The position numbers and the translations under genes are program-made. From positions 436,001 to 500,000 of the forward strand of contig CM076001.1 of the NCBI GenBank assembly GCA_038087875.1: a stretch of 64,000 bases of DNA, written 5' to 3'. Positions 1 through 13,530 of this stretch are shown here, piece by piece; position 1 is the first letter of the stretch; every line of letters begins with the position of its first letter. The DNA is from Malacoraja senta. Lineage: Eukaryota. The notes under the pieces are model-generated. The model was given only the letters and a program-made list of their open reading frames with translations. It had not been told where the DNA came from and did no database searches.

Positions 1-1190
1 CTACGGTGGTTATGCGAGATTGCAACATGCGGTAGACTGGGAAAATCAGTTTGGTACTGGACCTCAAGAAAGGGAGTTTGTGGAGTGCCTCCGTGATGGA
101 TTCTTAGAGCAACTTGTACTGGAGCCTACCAGGGAGAAGGCAATTCTGGATTTAGTGTTGGGTAACACTAAGGGAACTCAAGGTAAAGGAGCTATTAGGA
201 GGTAGTGACCATAATATGATAAGTTTTAATCTACAATTTGAGAGGGAGAAGGGGAAATTGGAAGTGTCAGTATTACAGTTGAGCAAAGGGGACTATGGAG
301 GCATGATGGAGGAGCTGGCCAAAGTTGACTGGAAAGCTACCCTAGCAGGGATGACAGTGGAACAACAATGGCAGGTATTTCTGGGAACAATACAGAAGGT
401 GCAGGATTAGTTCATTCCATAGAGGAAGAGAGATTCCAAAGGGAGTAAAGGCGACCGTGGCTGACAAGGGAAGTCAAGGACAGTATAAAAATAAAAGAGA
501 AGTATAACATAGCAAAGATGAGCGGTAAGCCAGACGATTGGGAAACTTTTAAAAAGCAACAGGCGATAACAAAAAAGGCAATACGGTGAGAAAAGATGAG
601 GTATGAAGGTAAGTTAGCCGAGAACATAAAGGAGGATAGTAAAATCTTCTTCAGGTATGCGAAGAGGAAAAATTAGTTAAGGCAAATGTGGGTCCCTTGA
701 AGACAGAAATAGATGAATTTATTATGGGGAACAAGGAAGTGGCAGAGGAGTTGAACAGGTTCTTTGGATCAGTCTTCACTAAGGAAGACACAAACAATCT
801 CCCAGATGTACTAGTGGCCAGAGGACCAAGTGTGACGGAGGAACTGAAGGAAATTCACATTAGGCAGGAAATGGTGTTGGGTAAACTGATGGGACTGAAG
901 GCTGATAAATCCCCAGGGCCTGATGGTCTGCATCCCAGGGTACTTATGGAGGTGGCTCTAGAAATCGTGGATGCATCCGTGATCATTTTCCAATGTTCTA
1001 TAGATTCAGGATCAGTTCCTGTGGATTGGAGGATAGCTAATGTTATCCCACTTTTTAAGAAAGGAGGATGGGAGAAAAAACAGGGAATTATAAACCAGTC
1101 AGCCTGACATCGGTGGTGGGGAAGATGCTGGAGTCAATTATAAAAGATGAAATAGCGGCACATTTGGATAGCAGTAACAGTATCGGTCCT
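1..1190 (+). mobile_element. CR1-type LINE ORF2 fragment (endonuclease C-terminus to RT start), decayed
   Basis: FLEQLVLEPTREKAILDLVL, AEELNRFFGSVFTKED, DKSPGPDGLHPRVL, DWRIANVIPLFKKG; stops and frameshifts. Confidence 0.92.
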
Positions 1191-1652
1191 GGACCCAGCA
1201 CACTGATGCAATCATGAACAAAGTCCACCAATAGAAGATTGAGGAGATTAAGTATGTCAACAAATACTCTCTTGAACTTTTACAGGTGTAGAGTAGAGAG
1301 CATATCGACTGGTTGCATCACAACTCGAACGCCCAGGAACAAAGAAGATTGCAAAAGGTGGCAAATTCTGCCCGGTCCATCAAGGGTTCTGACCTCCCTA
1401 TCGAATGGATCTACAATAGTCGCTGCCGCAAGAAGGCAGCCAGCATCATCAGAGACCCACACCACCCTGGCCACACTCTCACTTCACTCCTATCATTGGT
1501 ATAGGAGCCTGCAAAATGTAAATGTGTGTGTGTGTGTGCACATAAATAAATCGTTATAAATAAATCGTTATAAATAAATAGATATATATATAAATATATG
1601 TTTCCTTGTTCCATTTTGGGACATATGACAATAAAACTCACTTGACTCTTGA
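1191..1652 (+). mobile_element. Rex1/Babar-type LINE 3' fragment
   Basis: LLNFYRCRVESISTGCIT, RCRKKAASIIRDPHHPGH; ends tgacaataaa followed by a cttga-repeat tail. Confidence 0.8.
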
Positions 1653-2389
1653 AGTGAAGTGTCTTACTGTTTAATAAGTCACTGCGGTAACATTTGCAGG
1701 CAAGGTTCTGACATTAAGTGGTCTGCTGCAGGAATCCTGGAGCAATTCTCTACAAAATGAGACCCAGAAGGCAGACGTGGGCACATGGCCAGGAACAATG
1801 AGAGGAGTAAAGGCAAAGCGTTAGAATCAAAAGCTGAAAGAGACAGCGGCACTGCATGAAATACTACCTTTGTGGGAGACTAATTCACTGGCAGTCGGTT
1901 TGCGGTTAAAACAAAGCGTCTATAAAGGGACTGAAATTACACATTGCAGATTTATTTGTCCAAGAGAGGGACAGTTTCAATGTCCAGGATTTCATCAGAC
2001 ACTTCATTATTATTTGAAAGGACTTAGATTTTATAGACAGTGGTAGTTCCATACAGCCTTCCCATGGGAAGCCAGGATTCTAAGGGAGCGTGGGTGGAGA
2101 TGCAGTTTGAACATTGTAGCTCCTATTTTGTATTGAGTGGCCAGAACACAACATCTTTGAAGTGTCACTTATTTAAGAACCTCAATAACAGTGCCTTTTA
2201 GGTTGCCTCAGAGAAGCCAGAAATTGTACATCTGCCTAGAAATCAAATTGGGCTATTTTTCAGCCTTGTGTGATTGAAGATTAATCTCTCCTTCCCATCA
2301 CAAAGTAAAATACCATGATGACCATTGCCCTGTTGTTCAGAATCACTCCGGAAAATCCCCCAGGCACTTTTGGCCACAATACAGGCATA

Positions 2390-2632
2390 CTTTTAGTTTA
2401 GAGATTCAGCATGGAAACAGGCCCTTCGATCCATCAAGTCCACGTGGACCATCGATCTTCCGTTCACACTAGTTCTCAGTTATCACACTGTTGTATTAAC
2501 TCCTTACACACTAGGGGCAATTTACAAAGGACATTAACCTACAAACTCGCATGTCCTTGGGATGTGGGAGGAAACCCGGAGGAAATCCACACAGTCACAG
2601 GGAGAACGAGCAAATATCGCGCAGACAGCACC
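2390..2632 (-). mobile_element. tRNA-derived V-SINE (HE1-like), decayed
   Basis: V-domain (gtgggaggaaacccggag on +) and ctaaacta tail, similar to the other copies. Confidence 0.75.
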
Positions 2633-3019
2633 GGCAGCACAAACCAGGCATTCTGGAACGTTGAAGCATGGAAATTACCTTAATTTTCCATGCATTGCTC
2701 TTTTTGCATTCGGAGCACAGGATACCATGACACTCACTTTCAGGATAACATTTTACAAGTTCATACACCACATGCCAAGAAGAGCAATGATGGACAGGGA
2801 CCTCTAACTGACAACGTTATCAAGTTCTTTACCTACTCTTTATTCTTCAAGCACACCTTCATATTACTGCTACTCTCACCCCCCACCCAATCTTCTTATT
2901 GATACGATGATCCCTCAATAGCAAAACAACAGTTTCCTGCCTCCAATAATCTACAGCCTGCCTTACCACACCCTCAGTGTGATTCATCACGTCATTAACC
3001 ATCACAGAGAAGGTATGTC

Positions 3020-3900
3020 ACTTACACAGTAAATGATACAGCCCCAGAGAGCGTTGCAGAACTGAGAGATTTGGGAATACTTGGGCACGGTCCCCTGAAA
3101 GTGTCGACTCAAGTGGATTGAAGAAGGCGTTTGACACACTTGCCTTCATTTGGGAGGGAATTGGATACAAACATTTGGACATCATGATGCAGTCTGTACA
3201 AATCATTGGTGAAACCACACTTGGAGTACTCGGTGTAGGAAGGAACTGCAGATGCTGGTTTAAATCAAAGATAGATACAAAATGCTGGAGTAACTCAGCG
3301 GGACAGGCAGCATCTCTGGAGAGAAGGAATGGGTGATGTGTCGGGTTGAGCGTTCTTCAGACTGCTGAAGTACTATGAAGTGGAGTACTATGTGCAGATC
3401 TGGTTGCCCAGTTGCAGGAAGGATGTCATTAAGTTGGAAAGGGTGTAGAAAAGATTCACTGGGATGTTACCTGGACTTACAGGCTGGAGCTATAGGGATA
3501 GATTGGATAGGCTTGGATTTTCTTTCCTTGGACGCACAGGAGGCTAAGGGATTACCTTCTTGAAGTAAACAAAATCACGAGGGGCATGGATAAAATGAAT
3601 GATCACTGTTTTGCCCAGGATGGATAATTCTAAAATTTGTGGGCATGGATTTAAAATGAGCGGGGAGAGATTTAAGTGAAGCCTTTTCTTTCCACTCACA
3701 GTGTCGTCTGTACCTGGGAATGAACTGCGAGAGGAAGCTATAAAAGTGTATATAATCACGACTTTCAAAAAACATTTGAATCAGATATACAGATAGGAAG
3801 GGTTTAGATGGTTATTGCCCAAATGTAGGCTAATGAGACTATCCCAGAATGCCGTCTTAATCGCCAAGGTGGGCTGAAGGGCCTGCTTACACATTGTGTA
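3020..3900 (+). mobile_element. CR1 3' fragment interrupted by a short PLE-derived insertion
   Basis: KKAFDTLAFI.EGIGYK, then RPHLEY-like sequence and CR1 3' tail. Confidence 0.75.
3231..3380 (-). mobile_element. Short PLE-derived element with degenerate hammerhead motif
   Basis: Direct repeat tggagtact at 3222-3230 and 3381-3389; family sequence gctggagtaactcagcgggacaggcagcatctctggag. Confidence 0.75.
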
Positions 3901-3906
3901 GCCTTA

Positions 3907-3950
3907 AGGGCCTCTCCCACTGTACGAGATAAGTCAAGAGTTCTCCACTG
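3907..3950 (+). mobile_element. Isolated PIF/Harbinger terminal fragment
   Basis: TTA followed by agggcctctcccactgtacgag..caagagttctcc, matching the TIR of the element at 35635. Confidence 0.6.
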
Positions 3951-4561
3951 CAGTTTTATCACTGTGACCATGGCGGTACCTGGCAATCCCCTCATTTATC
4001 ACTGACGTCAAGCTGCTGCGGGGGGTGGGGGGCTGGGTGTCTTTTGAGGAAAGGTTCATTTAGCTGGGCTTGTACTGTGAAAGCTTACCACGTTTCCGGT
4101 GTCTCCTTTTTAGTTCTGAGGGTCTTCAATCTGAAATGTCAGCTGTTTTTCTGCCCACAGACACAACCTGATCTGCCCTGTGTTTCCAGCTTCTTCTACT
4201 TTGATTTTTGATTTCCAGCGTCTGAAATGAGCTGGAAATCCCCCACGAGTATAAAAGAGTGGAATGTGACATAATTAAAACATGAAAGGCTCCCGAGAGG
4301 TTTTGATTGGGTGAGTGTGGCGAGAATACCTCTTGTAGAACTGGATGTCACTGTTTAAAAATAATAGTTCACCCACTTACGACAGAATTAAGGCAACTTA
4401 TTTTTCTATCAGAGGGTCATGAATCGTTGGAACTCTTCCTCAGATGCTGGTAGAAATGCAGCCTTTTAATATTTTTAAGGCAGAGATAGGTAACTGCAGA
4501 TGGACAAGATTGCTGTGTTGAGATTACAATGCGATCAGCTGTGACTTTAAGAAATAGTGGA

Positions 4562-4654
4562 TAGACACAAAAAGCTGGAGTAACTCAGCAGGACAGGCAG
4601 CATCTCTGGAGAGAAGGAATGGGGGATGTTTCGGGTCGAGACCCTTCTTCAGAC
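4562..4654 (-). mobile_element. Short PLE-derived element with hammerhead motif
   Basis: TSD atagtgga at 4554-4561 and 4655-4662; minus strand reads ctgaagaagggtctcgacccgaaacatc. Confidence 0.8.
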
Positions 4655-4879
4655 ATAGTGGAGCAGGCTTAAGGCACGAAGTGGCTTACTCCTGCTTCTA
4701 GTACACATGTTTATATTAATATTCCTATCATTTTAATGAATTAGAAATCTCAGTCCATGTTCAATTTGTCACTAAGGTAGATGTGGATACTTTGTGGATT
4801 ACTGAGTTGCTGCCCTGTATATCCGTGAGGTGAGCAAAATGTGTAGTGCTAAAGTGGGTTGTGCATTATCATTCAAGAG

Positions 4880-5045
4880 CATAAGGTCATAGGTGATAGG
4901 AGCAGAATTAAGCCATTTGGCCCATCAAGTCTACTCCACCATTCAATCACGGCTGATCTATTTCTCCCTCCTAACCTCATTCTCCTGCCTTCTCCCCATA
5001 GCCCTTGACACCTGTACTAATCAAGAATCTATCTATCTCTGCTTT
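4880..5045 (-). mobile_element. CR1 3' tail fragment
   Basis: Matches other CR1 3' UTR copies (e.g. 27830-27985). Confidence 0.7.
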
Positions 5046-6785
5046 AAACAGTGATATTTTCATGGTCACTGTTAAAAGGCCTGCACATCAACCGTATTTG
5101 AGATTTAGTCCAAACTCAAACCTTTCATATTGTCAGGTTATAACCTCTCAAGGTTCTTCACATGATACAGTGTGAGATAAGGAGGTGTTGGTACCTGTGC
5201 AGAAACCTTGAGCAGAGCTTGTAAACACCTTTGTAAAGAAGGAGAAAGATGTGGAGCGATTAAGAACAATTCCAAAGCTAAGGAACTCTTCATCTGCCAT
5301 CTGTGGTGTTTTCCAATGAAACTCCAGGAGTTGCAAAGGATCTGAACTGGAGGAGAGCCAGGATAGATATGATTGAACAGAGTTATGATGATTTTGCTTA
5401 AACAACTGTGTGATGACTGGCACCTAGTTAGAATCCTCAATCTGATGAAACAACAAATTGATTTTCATTTTCTCATTTTTGCTTTAAACGGATGCACTTC
5501 TCCTTATATTCCCCAACTTACAAACTTCGCATAGATCCATGTTATTGACATTCTGGCCTCTTAAGCATTGCTGCGTTTACTCTACTATCGCTAGGCATCT
5601 CTCTCTCTACTGCAAAGACTCCACTGCCTTCCTGAACCTCTCTAACCCTTGACCTTTCTCCTTCAGGATGCTCCCACGTGAATACAAAACAGAATATATA
5701 TATATATATATATGGCATGACATATGCTCTAGGAACTAGCAAACCGACCCAGCATGGTTTCCACGCAGGAACTGAAAACCACCTTTTGACCAGGAACATT
5801 CCACCTGTACATCAGAGTATTGCTCCATCTAATGGGTTGGTGGTGCTGGTGGGACAGTACCTACCCAGCGATTGTGGTCAAGGAGTTCAATGTGTTGTCT
5901 GTTAGATATAGTTTTGTGGATGAACCCATTAAGGACGTTCCCTGATTAGCGTATGGAAGAGTTCTTCAAATGTGGACATCAGTCTCAGATGTTTAAAAGG
6001 TCAAGTAGACTGAAGAGTAGCTTTACATCTTTAAATTCAAGGCCTTCAATTATGGCTGGTCCTGTCTCAGTTACTGCCTTTCAACTGTTTCAACACAGCA
6101 ACCTCATTACAAGTGATAGGCTTGCTGGGCCAATTAGTTCTGGGATCACGTACAGAATGGAACCACTGGGATGGCAAATTCAATCCAGATGTGTTTTTAC
6201 AATACTACAGCAGTTTTATGGTCATTATTACAGAGCCTTTTATTTCCAATTCCAGATTCTTTTAACCAAGTTTAGATTCCACACCTGCACAGTGGGATTT
6301 GAACCGGCATCTCATCTGGTAATTCCATATTTACCATATGGAAAACATGGTACCATATTTGAGAAGCACCAAACACGCACCAGATTTGGTCAAGCATATA
6401 TTCCAATTCATTATCAGCAAGTTAGATAAATCCCTCTTATGGTCCAAGTCAACCCACCTTTGCAGAATATTTATGTGGAAAAAACCTCTGCCGTGAGCAG
6501 TATAATGAAGAAAGCCTTCATTGTCTGCAACTGATTTAACGACACAGTTATATCAGTTTCAAACTCTACCAACAGTCAAAGAATAGCCAACAAAAGATGC
6601 TTTATTTTGTTGAGAGGTAAAAGATATTTGCGTCATCAAACATAATAATGAAAGATAAAAGTAAAGCTTAGTTCTAGTCTGATTAATTGACTGAATGAAA
6701 AGTGAAGGGGGATTTCTATCTTTTGTGACTCATTTGATGGCTGGTGTTAACTATTGGTGGTTTAGACATCTGGTTATCTTTAATG

Positions 6786-7079
6786 GTAGACAAAAGTGCT
6801 GGAGAAACTCAGCGGGTGCAGCAGCATCTGTGGAGCGAAGGAAATAGGCAACGTTTCAGGCCAAAACCCTTCTTGATGTTCGTCTCCTTTGATCTCTTGT
6901 TTGCACACCTTACCCTCTCATTTCTATATGTCTCTCCCCTGACACTCAGTCTGATGAAGAGTTTCGGCCCGAAACGTTGCCTATTTCCTTTGCTCCATAG
7001 ATGCTGCTGCACCCGCTGAGTTTCTCCAGCACTTTTGTCTACCTTTGATTTTCCAGCATCTGCAGTTCCTTCTTAAACA
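6786..7079 (+). mobile_element. Short PLE-derived element with inverted 5' segment and hammerhead motif
   Basis: 16-bp TSD ctggttatc(t/a)ttaatg at 6770-6785 and 7080-7095; 6786-6873 is an inverted copy of about 6955-7043; CTGATGA..GAAACGTT starts at 6951. Confidence 0.85.
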
Positions 7080-7323
7080 CTGGTTATCATTAATGTTTAC
7101 CCTGATAATTAAAGCACTACTACTGTCGACAGCGCAGTAAGATGGTGTCAAGCTTATAGAAATGAATCTAGAGAATGAAAGATTACACTTACATTCAAAC
7201 AAAAAGAAAACAAAAATAACATAATTGTTCTGCCCATTGAGTCCATACTAGCTCTTTGAAAAGCAATCTTGTTAGTACCATTCCTTAACTTTTTCCACAT
7301 AGCTTTGCAAACAGTCCCTCCAT

Positions 7324-7705
7324 TAGACACAAAATGCTGGAGTAACTCAGCGGGACAGGCAGCATCTCTGGAGAGAAGGAATAGGTGACGTTTCGGGTCG
7401 AGACCCTTCTTCAGACTGAGTGTCAGGGGAGAGACATAGAGATATGAGAGGGTAAGGTGTGCAAACAAGAGATCAAAGGAGACAAACATCAAGAAAAATG
7501 TAGAAAGGATCATTGCTAGCTGAGGGGAAGGTAACAACGAGGCATACAATCAGTAACATTTAATCAGGAGGACAGTGAAACTAGTTGGAGAACTGGAAAA
7601 GGGGAGGGATGGAGAGAGAGGGCAAGCAGGGGTTACTTGAAGTTGGAGTAGTCAATATTCATAGCGCTGGGGCGTAAGCTGCCCAAGTGAAATATGAGGT
7701 GCTAT
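7324..7705 (-). mobile_element. PLE 3' end/pseudo-LTR with consensus hammerhead motif
   Basis: gtgacgtttcgggtcgagacccttcttcagact near 7385-7417; includes the end of the GIY-YIG ORF (PSAMNID on minus strand). Confidence 0.8.
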
Positions 7706-7916
7706 TCTATCCTGTTCATGGTTTATTCAATCATTTTTTTATCAACACTTTCTCTGCAGCTGTAACACTATATTCTACACTCTGTTTTATTTTTTGTACA
7801 GTTGGTTATACTGGTGTAGGATATGACCTGTCCGGACATTACCTAAGACAAGGTTTTCACTGTGCCTTGGTACATGTCAATAATAAACCAATTAGTTTAC
7901 TATTTCAAATACCAGA

Positions 7917-8350
7917 GTCTGAAGAAGGGTCCCAACCTGAAATGTGTGGGAAGGAACTACAGATGCAGGTTTTTAACTGAAGACCGACACAAAATGCTGG
8001 AGTAACTCAGTGGGACAGGCAGCATGTATGGAGAGAAGGCACGGGTGACGTTTTGGGTTGAGACCCTTCTACAGACTGATGTCAGGGGAGAGGGAGATAC
8101 ATAGATAAGGAAGTGTAAGGCGTAAAAATAGGACAAAATAAATTAAGAATAGATCATTGTTAGCTGGGGAGAAGGTAACAACAAAGCAAAGAGATAAAAT
8201 GTAGTTGGAGACAGTAAAACTGGTTGGAGAACTGGGAAGAGGGAGGGATGGAGAGATGGAAAGCAATGGTTAGTTGAAGTAAACCTGAAATGTTGAGTGT
8301 CCATTCCCTCCACACATGGCCGCTGGCCTGCTGAATTCACCCAGCACTTT
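7917..8350. mobile_element. Composite of PLE pseudo-LTR fragments in both orientations
   Basis: Degenerate hammerhead motifs near 7919 (+) and 8045-8075 (-). Confidence 0.65.
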
Positions 8351-8842
8351 TTTGTTTATTGCCAATAAATGAGTCCTTTGATTTATAATTTCCAACACCA
8401 TTAAAGGCATTGATTTCACTATTATAAACATTCTCCACATATAATAAGTTTCCCCTCATACCCTCCCTGTCCATTTTGGGCAACTGCTTAAAACTGTGCC
8501 TTAAAACTCCTTAAAGGGTACAAGGTACAAGGAAATAGGTAATAGGTTTCCCCTCACACCCACCCTGTCCATTTTGGGCATCTCCTTAAAACTGTGTCCC
8601 GTCCAAGCACATTGCAACCATTACTGGATATACGTTACTCCATATCCAAACCGGCATGGTAACTCTTAATTTCTCACTGCTGTGGCATAGTAAGCTGTTT
8701 GGCCTTTTTTTATAGCTTCTAACCCCACTCAAACACACCTCTGCATACCAAACTGATGAAAAGTGTCACAAAAGAAATGTGGAGACACAAGGAACTGCAG
8801 ACACAGGAGTCTTGCAAGAACACAAAGTGCTGGAGTAACTCA

Positions 8843-9703
8843 ATTCAATTCAATTTTTATTTGTCTTTTGGACAAATTTGTCATTTGGACCCCTTGAGGT
8901 CCAAACGAAATGTCGTTTCTGCAGCCATACAATACAAAACGAAGAAGACCCGAGACACAACACAATTTACACATCCATCCATCACAACGCTGTGATGGAA
9001 GGCAAAAAAAACCCGTATCTCTCCACTGCACTCCCCCCCCCCCCCCGATGTCAGAGTCAAAGTCAAAGCCCCCGGCGGGCGATGGTGATTATCCCGCGGC
9101 CATTAAAGCCACGCCGGGCGATGCAAGGCCGCGCACCGGGTCTTGGTGTTAGAGCCCCGGCGCGCGCCCGCAAAGTTCGGCGGCCATTCCAAGCCGCGCG
9201 GGGCGGTGATGTAAAGCCCCGCTCCAGGTGCTCTTCAACCCCGCAACTCGGGCGGGAGAAGTCGCCGCTGCGGAAGCCCCGAAAAGCGGTCTCCCACCAG
9301 GGGACCCGCGGGCTTCCAGTGTTGCCGTCCGCCAGACCCGCGGTTGTAGCCTCCGAATCTCCGGCGGTCGGGTCGCAGCAGCGCTCCAACACAGCTCCAC
9401 CCGCTCAGGACTCGGCCAGCCCCGTGATGGTGAGTAGTCCGCAGCTCCACAACTGGAGCCCCAGGTCATTCCTGCTGGAGGCCGCTCCACGTTGCCCAGC
9501 CCCAACGACAACGGAGACCCGACAAAGAAAAGGTTGGGTCTCCCGTGCAGGGGAAAGATTTCAAAGTTTCCCCCCCCCACCCCCACCCCCCCACACACAT
9601 ACCCCGACAAAAAAAATAATAAAAAACGACATAAAAACGAGACAAAAATAATAAAAAGACAGACGGACAGCAGAGGCCGCTGCAAACGAAAGTCGCGCCG
9701 CCC
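8843..9703 (-). mobile_element. Non-autonomous non-LTR element, GC-rich body, (AATTG)n tail
   Basis: Splits a PLE-derived element with direct repeat aactca (8837-8842, 9704-9709); 3' stem-loop, aataaa and pentamer tail; related to 23912-24609. Confidence 0.7.
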
Positions 9704-10515
9704 AACTCATGGGGCCAGGCAGCATCTCTGGATAGATGATGTTTTGGGTCGGGACGTTCTTCAGAGTTATTTGCATCTGTTCCAATTTTCAATCACAACA
9801 ATTAATGTTTGAATTTTTCAATCACAACAATTAATGTTTGAAATCATACATTATCACGGATGATTTCCCTTGCAACATTGAAGGAAATTTGTACTTGCAG
9901 CTAGGAGAGGTAACAGACCTTTCACGGGTGCTAACCTGTTGCCACATCCTGGCCTCAGCCTCAGCCTGCACACTCACTGCCTGCCCACATTTACATTTAT
10001 CCAGATGTTCCTTCGCTCCATAGATGCTGCTGCACCCGCTGAGTTTCTCCAGCACTTTTGTCTATCCAGATGTTGAGTTTGAACAAGTGAATTCTCCCCA
10101 CCAAACAACCCTACGATCTCCTAACTGGGAGGATCCTTTCATTATTCCATTTTCATATCTTTCCATTGTCCATTTCGCATGGAAATCAACCTCAACCTTG
10201 CGATTTAAAGGAACAGAATGAAAATGCTGGAGACACTCAGCATCTTAATAGGTCTCCTTAAGCAGCATCTGTGTAAAGAGAAGCAGAATAGTAAGATTAA
10301 ATGAGAACTTACCAGTTTGAAGTTTGATCTTTATTTTATGAGGAGTTACGTTGGTGATTACGTGAAGAACCCCGTCAGGGCGCATGCGCGTCAATCTTCA
10401 AAGCAGCGGTATGAAATCACAGACAACACCATAATTGAAGTAACATATTAAGATGATCAACATGAGAACTACCATTATGACCTTTTTTCTATGAGAGAGG
10501 GTTGGGCGTGGCGGG

Positions 10516-10627
10516 CACATAATCACCAACGTAACTCCTCATAAAATAAAGATCAAACTTCAAACTGGTAAGTTCTCGTTTAATCTTACTATTTTACTTC
10601 GGAGTCACGTGAGTGACTACGTGAAGA
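10516..10627. repeat. DIRS internal complementary region (ICR)
   Basis: First part is the reverse complement of about 10287-10365, second part of about 15049-15085, joined as ...taatcttact|attttacttcgg... Confidence 0.9.
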
Positions 10628-10838
10628 TTTTAAAGCTCTGTGATTTTTATGCCGCAGATCAAAATCCCGGCTTCTCACTGCATCGATTGACTCTGAGTAT
10701 CATCAATAATGCTGTAAACATGACATTGCATATCATGCAAAAACAAAACTGTTTTATTTTTGGTCATAAAACAACCAATAAACCCTCTTAATGTAGGGCA
10801 ACAAACGAAACAGAATGAAACAGTATTGAAAACAGACT

Positions 10839-11760
10839 TTAAACAATAGCAACAGCACTCAATATTGAGTTGGCAAACAGCCCTCCATCGGCAATCGGCC
10901 GATGGTAATATTGCTGAAACACAAGTTCATTTTTCCAACCTGCGGCTTTTAATATATGGTCGATGGGAATGTCCATCGCCCTGGCCGCGGATGTTGCTAC
11001 TGCGCTAGTGGAATGAGATGTAAACACATAAATGTTAATTCCTGCCTGAACCAACTCTTGCTTTAACCACCTTGAGATAGTCTGAACTGCCACTCTTTTA
11101 TGTTGGCTTCTTGTAACTGACAAATAATCCTGTTTCTTCTTGTCTTAAAGCCCTTGCGGCTTCAATGTAATGTAACAAATGTGTCCTTACACATAAACAT
11201 GGAGCTGTAGGATATGCTGAGAACACAATCTTAAGACCTGTCACACCTGGCCTGCTTTGTTTGAGCAGGTCAGAAATATAAAACAGAACATTCTCTGTAT
11301 TCACTTCCATTCTCTCGAACTGAAGTTTTTTGGAAAGTCTGCACTCTCTGTACTGACACTAATGCCATTAGCATAGCCAATTTCATGGTTAATTTTAACA
11401 AAGTTATAGACGTGACAGGGACCCAATGACGAAGTATGTTACAAACAACACTTACCTCGCAGATTACCATATACCTAGGCTTAGGCGGTTTGGAATTCCT
11501 TTCATCAACCTAGATATGAGAGGGTGAGAACCTATACTTTGTGTCCGTGTACCTATTACAAGATATGCCGACCAAGCACTTCTAGCTCTATTGATAGCAG
11601 TATAGCTAAGACCCTCATCATAATAAAGTGTAGATAAACTCTAACACATTTTCAATAACTACAGTATCATATTGAATATTCTTTTGAACACAATATTGTT
11701 CCCATTTTTTTTTTTTTTTTTCATGTCATATACTGTTTTTGAGTACTGTTTCTCCAGGCT
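10839..11760 (-). pseudogene. DIRS tyrosine recombinase, frameshifted
   Basis: KLAMLMALVSVQRVQ, TISRWLK, SHSTSAVATSAA (HSTR motif reads HSTS), ILKAAGWKNELVFQQYY. Confidence 0.9.
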
Positions 11761-11809
11761 GCAGTGAGTATATCCACCGTTGGCCTAGAAAGTCCTCGAC
11801 CAATGTAAG

Positions 11810-13530
11810 GCATTCTTAAAACCTGCAAATTAACAGATCCATACCGTCACATAACGGATGAACTTAATGCGTTACTGGATGCTCCAGCAAATTCCTACTG
11901 TTTGGAATCAGCAAAAAGAGGTTGGATCGCTATCTGTAACATCAAAGGAAACCATGGTTGAATCAGGCAATTTGGTATCACCTAAACCCCTGAAGCGGCA
12001 TCCTGCTTGATTTTCTCAAACACCGACCTATGAGGCAGAATGGTGGGAAAATGTACACAAACATATCATCCCAATTTAGTGAAAAAGCATCAATTGTCAC
12101 TGCCCCTGGATCTGGTGCCTATGAAACATATTTTGGCCTTCCATATAGAAGTACTATGTTCTTGAACACATCCTGGTTCCACATCCACTCTGTGTTATGA
12201 TGGAATTTTCGTGAGCTGCCATCTGGTACTACATTAAGTTTCCCTGGGAGATAGATAGCTCCAATCCAAATCTCTCTATCCCTACTCCAGGTCCAATTGT
12301 ATTTGCCAACCTGTCACATGACAACAATTTGATTCCACCCATGTGATTCATATCAGCAACTGCTGTAGTGTTGTCTATTTTGCACTGCACATGCAAACTA
12401 GTTTAGTTAGTGCCATAAGCCTTGAGTCCATAAAATACTCTTGGTTAATTCCCCATGTATGCAGAAGCAATGTTCATCTGTCTCCACCGCTGGATCTTGT
12501 ATCAGTAGCACCCTAGCCAAGTGCTCTGACATCTGTCTGCAAATTATGGAAGCTTGATCCAATAACACTTTGGAACTACTAGTGGACACATGCTGAATCC
12601 ACCATTGTACATCAGCAACAGCCTCTATTGATAGAAGCATAGGTCTATTATAATGACCCCCAATGTATCCTCAATGCTTGTTCCTTTGACCTTTGTAATT
12701 GTAGATAATAAAGTGGCCATATTGAACTGCTGGAAATGCTGCCAGCCATTACCACAGCAGACTTGTCACCTGGCTAATTGAAGGCTGTGTGTTAGCAATT
12801 AACTTGATATAGCTCTTAATTAGCTCTACCCTTTTTTGCCTGGGCAAGGTCACAATGATGTTGATTAAGTCCATTGTGAACCCAACTAGTCAATTTGTGT
12901 CACAGGTATAAATTTAGATTTCTCTGGATAGCTTATAAAGCCCAATTAAAAATTGGTTTTTACCAACTGCCACTGATGCTTCAGCTGTTTCCTTTGATTG
13001 TCCTACAATCAAGATATTATCTAGTTAAGCCATGAACACATGACCTTGACTTCTCATCATGCCTAGAATAGGTTTTAACAACTTAGGAGCTGAAGAAAAA
13101 CCATTAGGCAGTGGATTGTATTGGCATAATTGCCCCATCCAGCTGAATTTTAAATCTTCTATCCTGCAAATGAACAGACACTGAATCCGCATCTTTAAGA
13201 TCTCCTTCACAAACGTTTCCATCTTAAAATGTCTATACCGTACAAAAGGGTTAAGACTATTCAGGTCTGTATAATTCTGCATCCCCCCATCCTTTTTTGG
13301 TCTGGGAAAGATATTGGACACAAACTGATGGCTTTGGTAAACTGCCTTAGCAATTACACCTTTATTACATAAGCTTGCAAGTTCCAGCTGAACTTCCAAT
13401 TGTTCAGTGATACTGAAGTAAAACTCCTTTTTTGGAACATGTTGCATGGGTAAATCAGAATTTGCATTAAGCTTTATTTGATGCCCTTGAATAACCTTCA
13501 GTATAAACTGAGGTAAACATTTAATTGTAT
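11810..13530 (-). pseudogene. DIRS reverse transcriptase/RNase H/methyltransferase-like region, disrupted
   Basis: VSNIFPRPKKDGG, HFKMET, LPNGFSSAP; YLDD motif reads stop-LDN; IDAFSLNW..YIFPPF (MT-like) near 12040-12100. Confidence 0.88.

Noticed and set aside
5560..5670. Minus-strand peptide ..KAVESLQ-stop resembling MYH16 VESLQ
   Set aside because: Only five matching residues, immediate stop, no convincing splice sites
5953..6429. 158-aa ORF
   Set aside because: No recognisable domain or exon structure
8449..8596. About 50-bp direct repeat pair (also a 29-bp tandem duplication at about 9787-9843)
   Set aside because: Ordinary local duplications with no further structure
8878..9685. 257-aa and 178-aa ORFs
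   Set aside because: GC-rich repeat with ORFs in many frames and no domain motifs
9936..9980. Possible 45-nt minus-strand exon AVSVQAEAEARMWQQ
   Set aside because: Weak acceptor with no pyrimidine tract and no match to the myosin rod sequence
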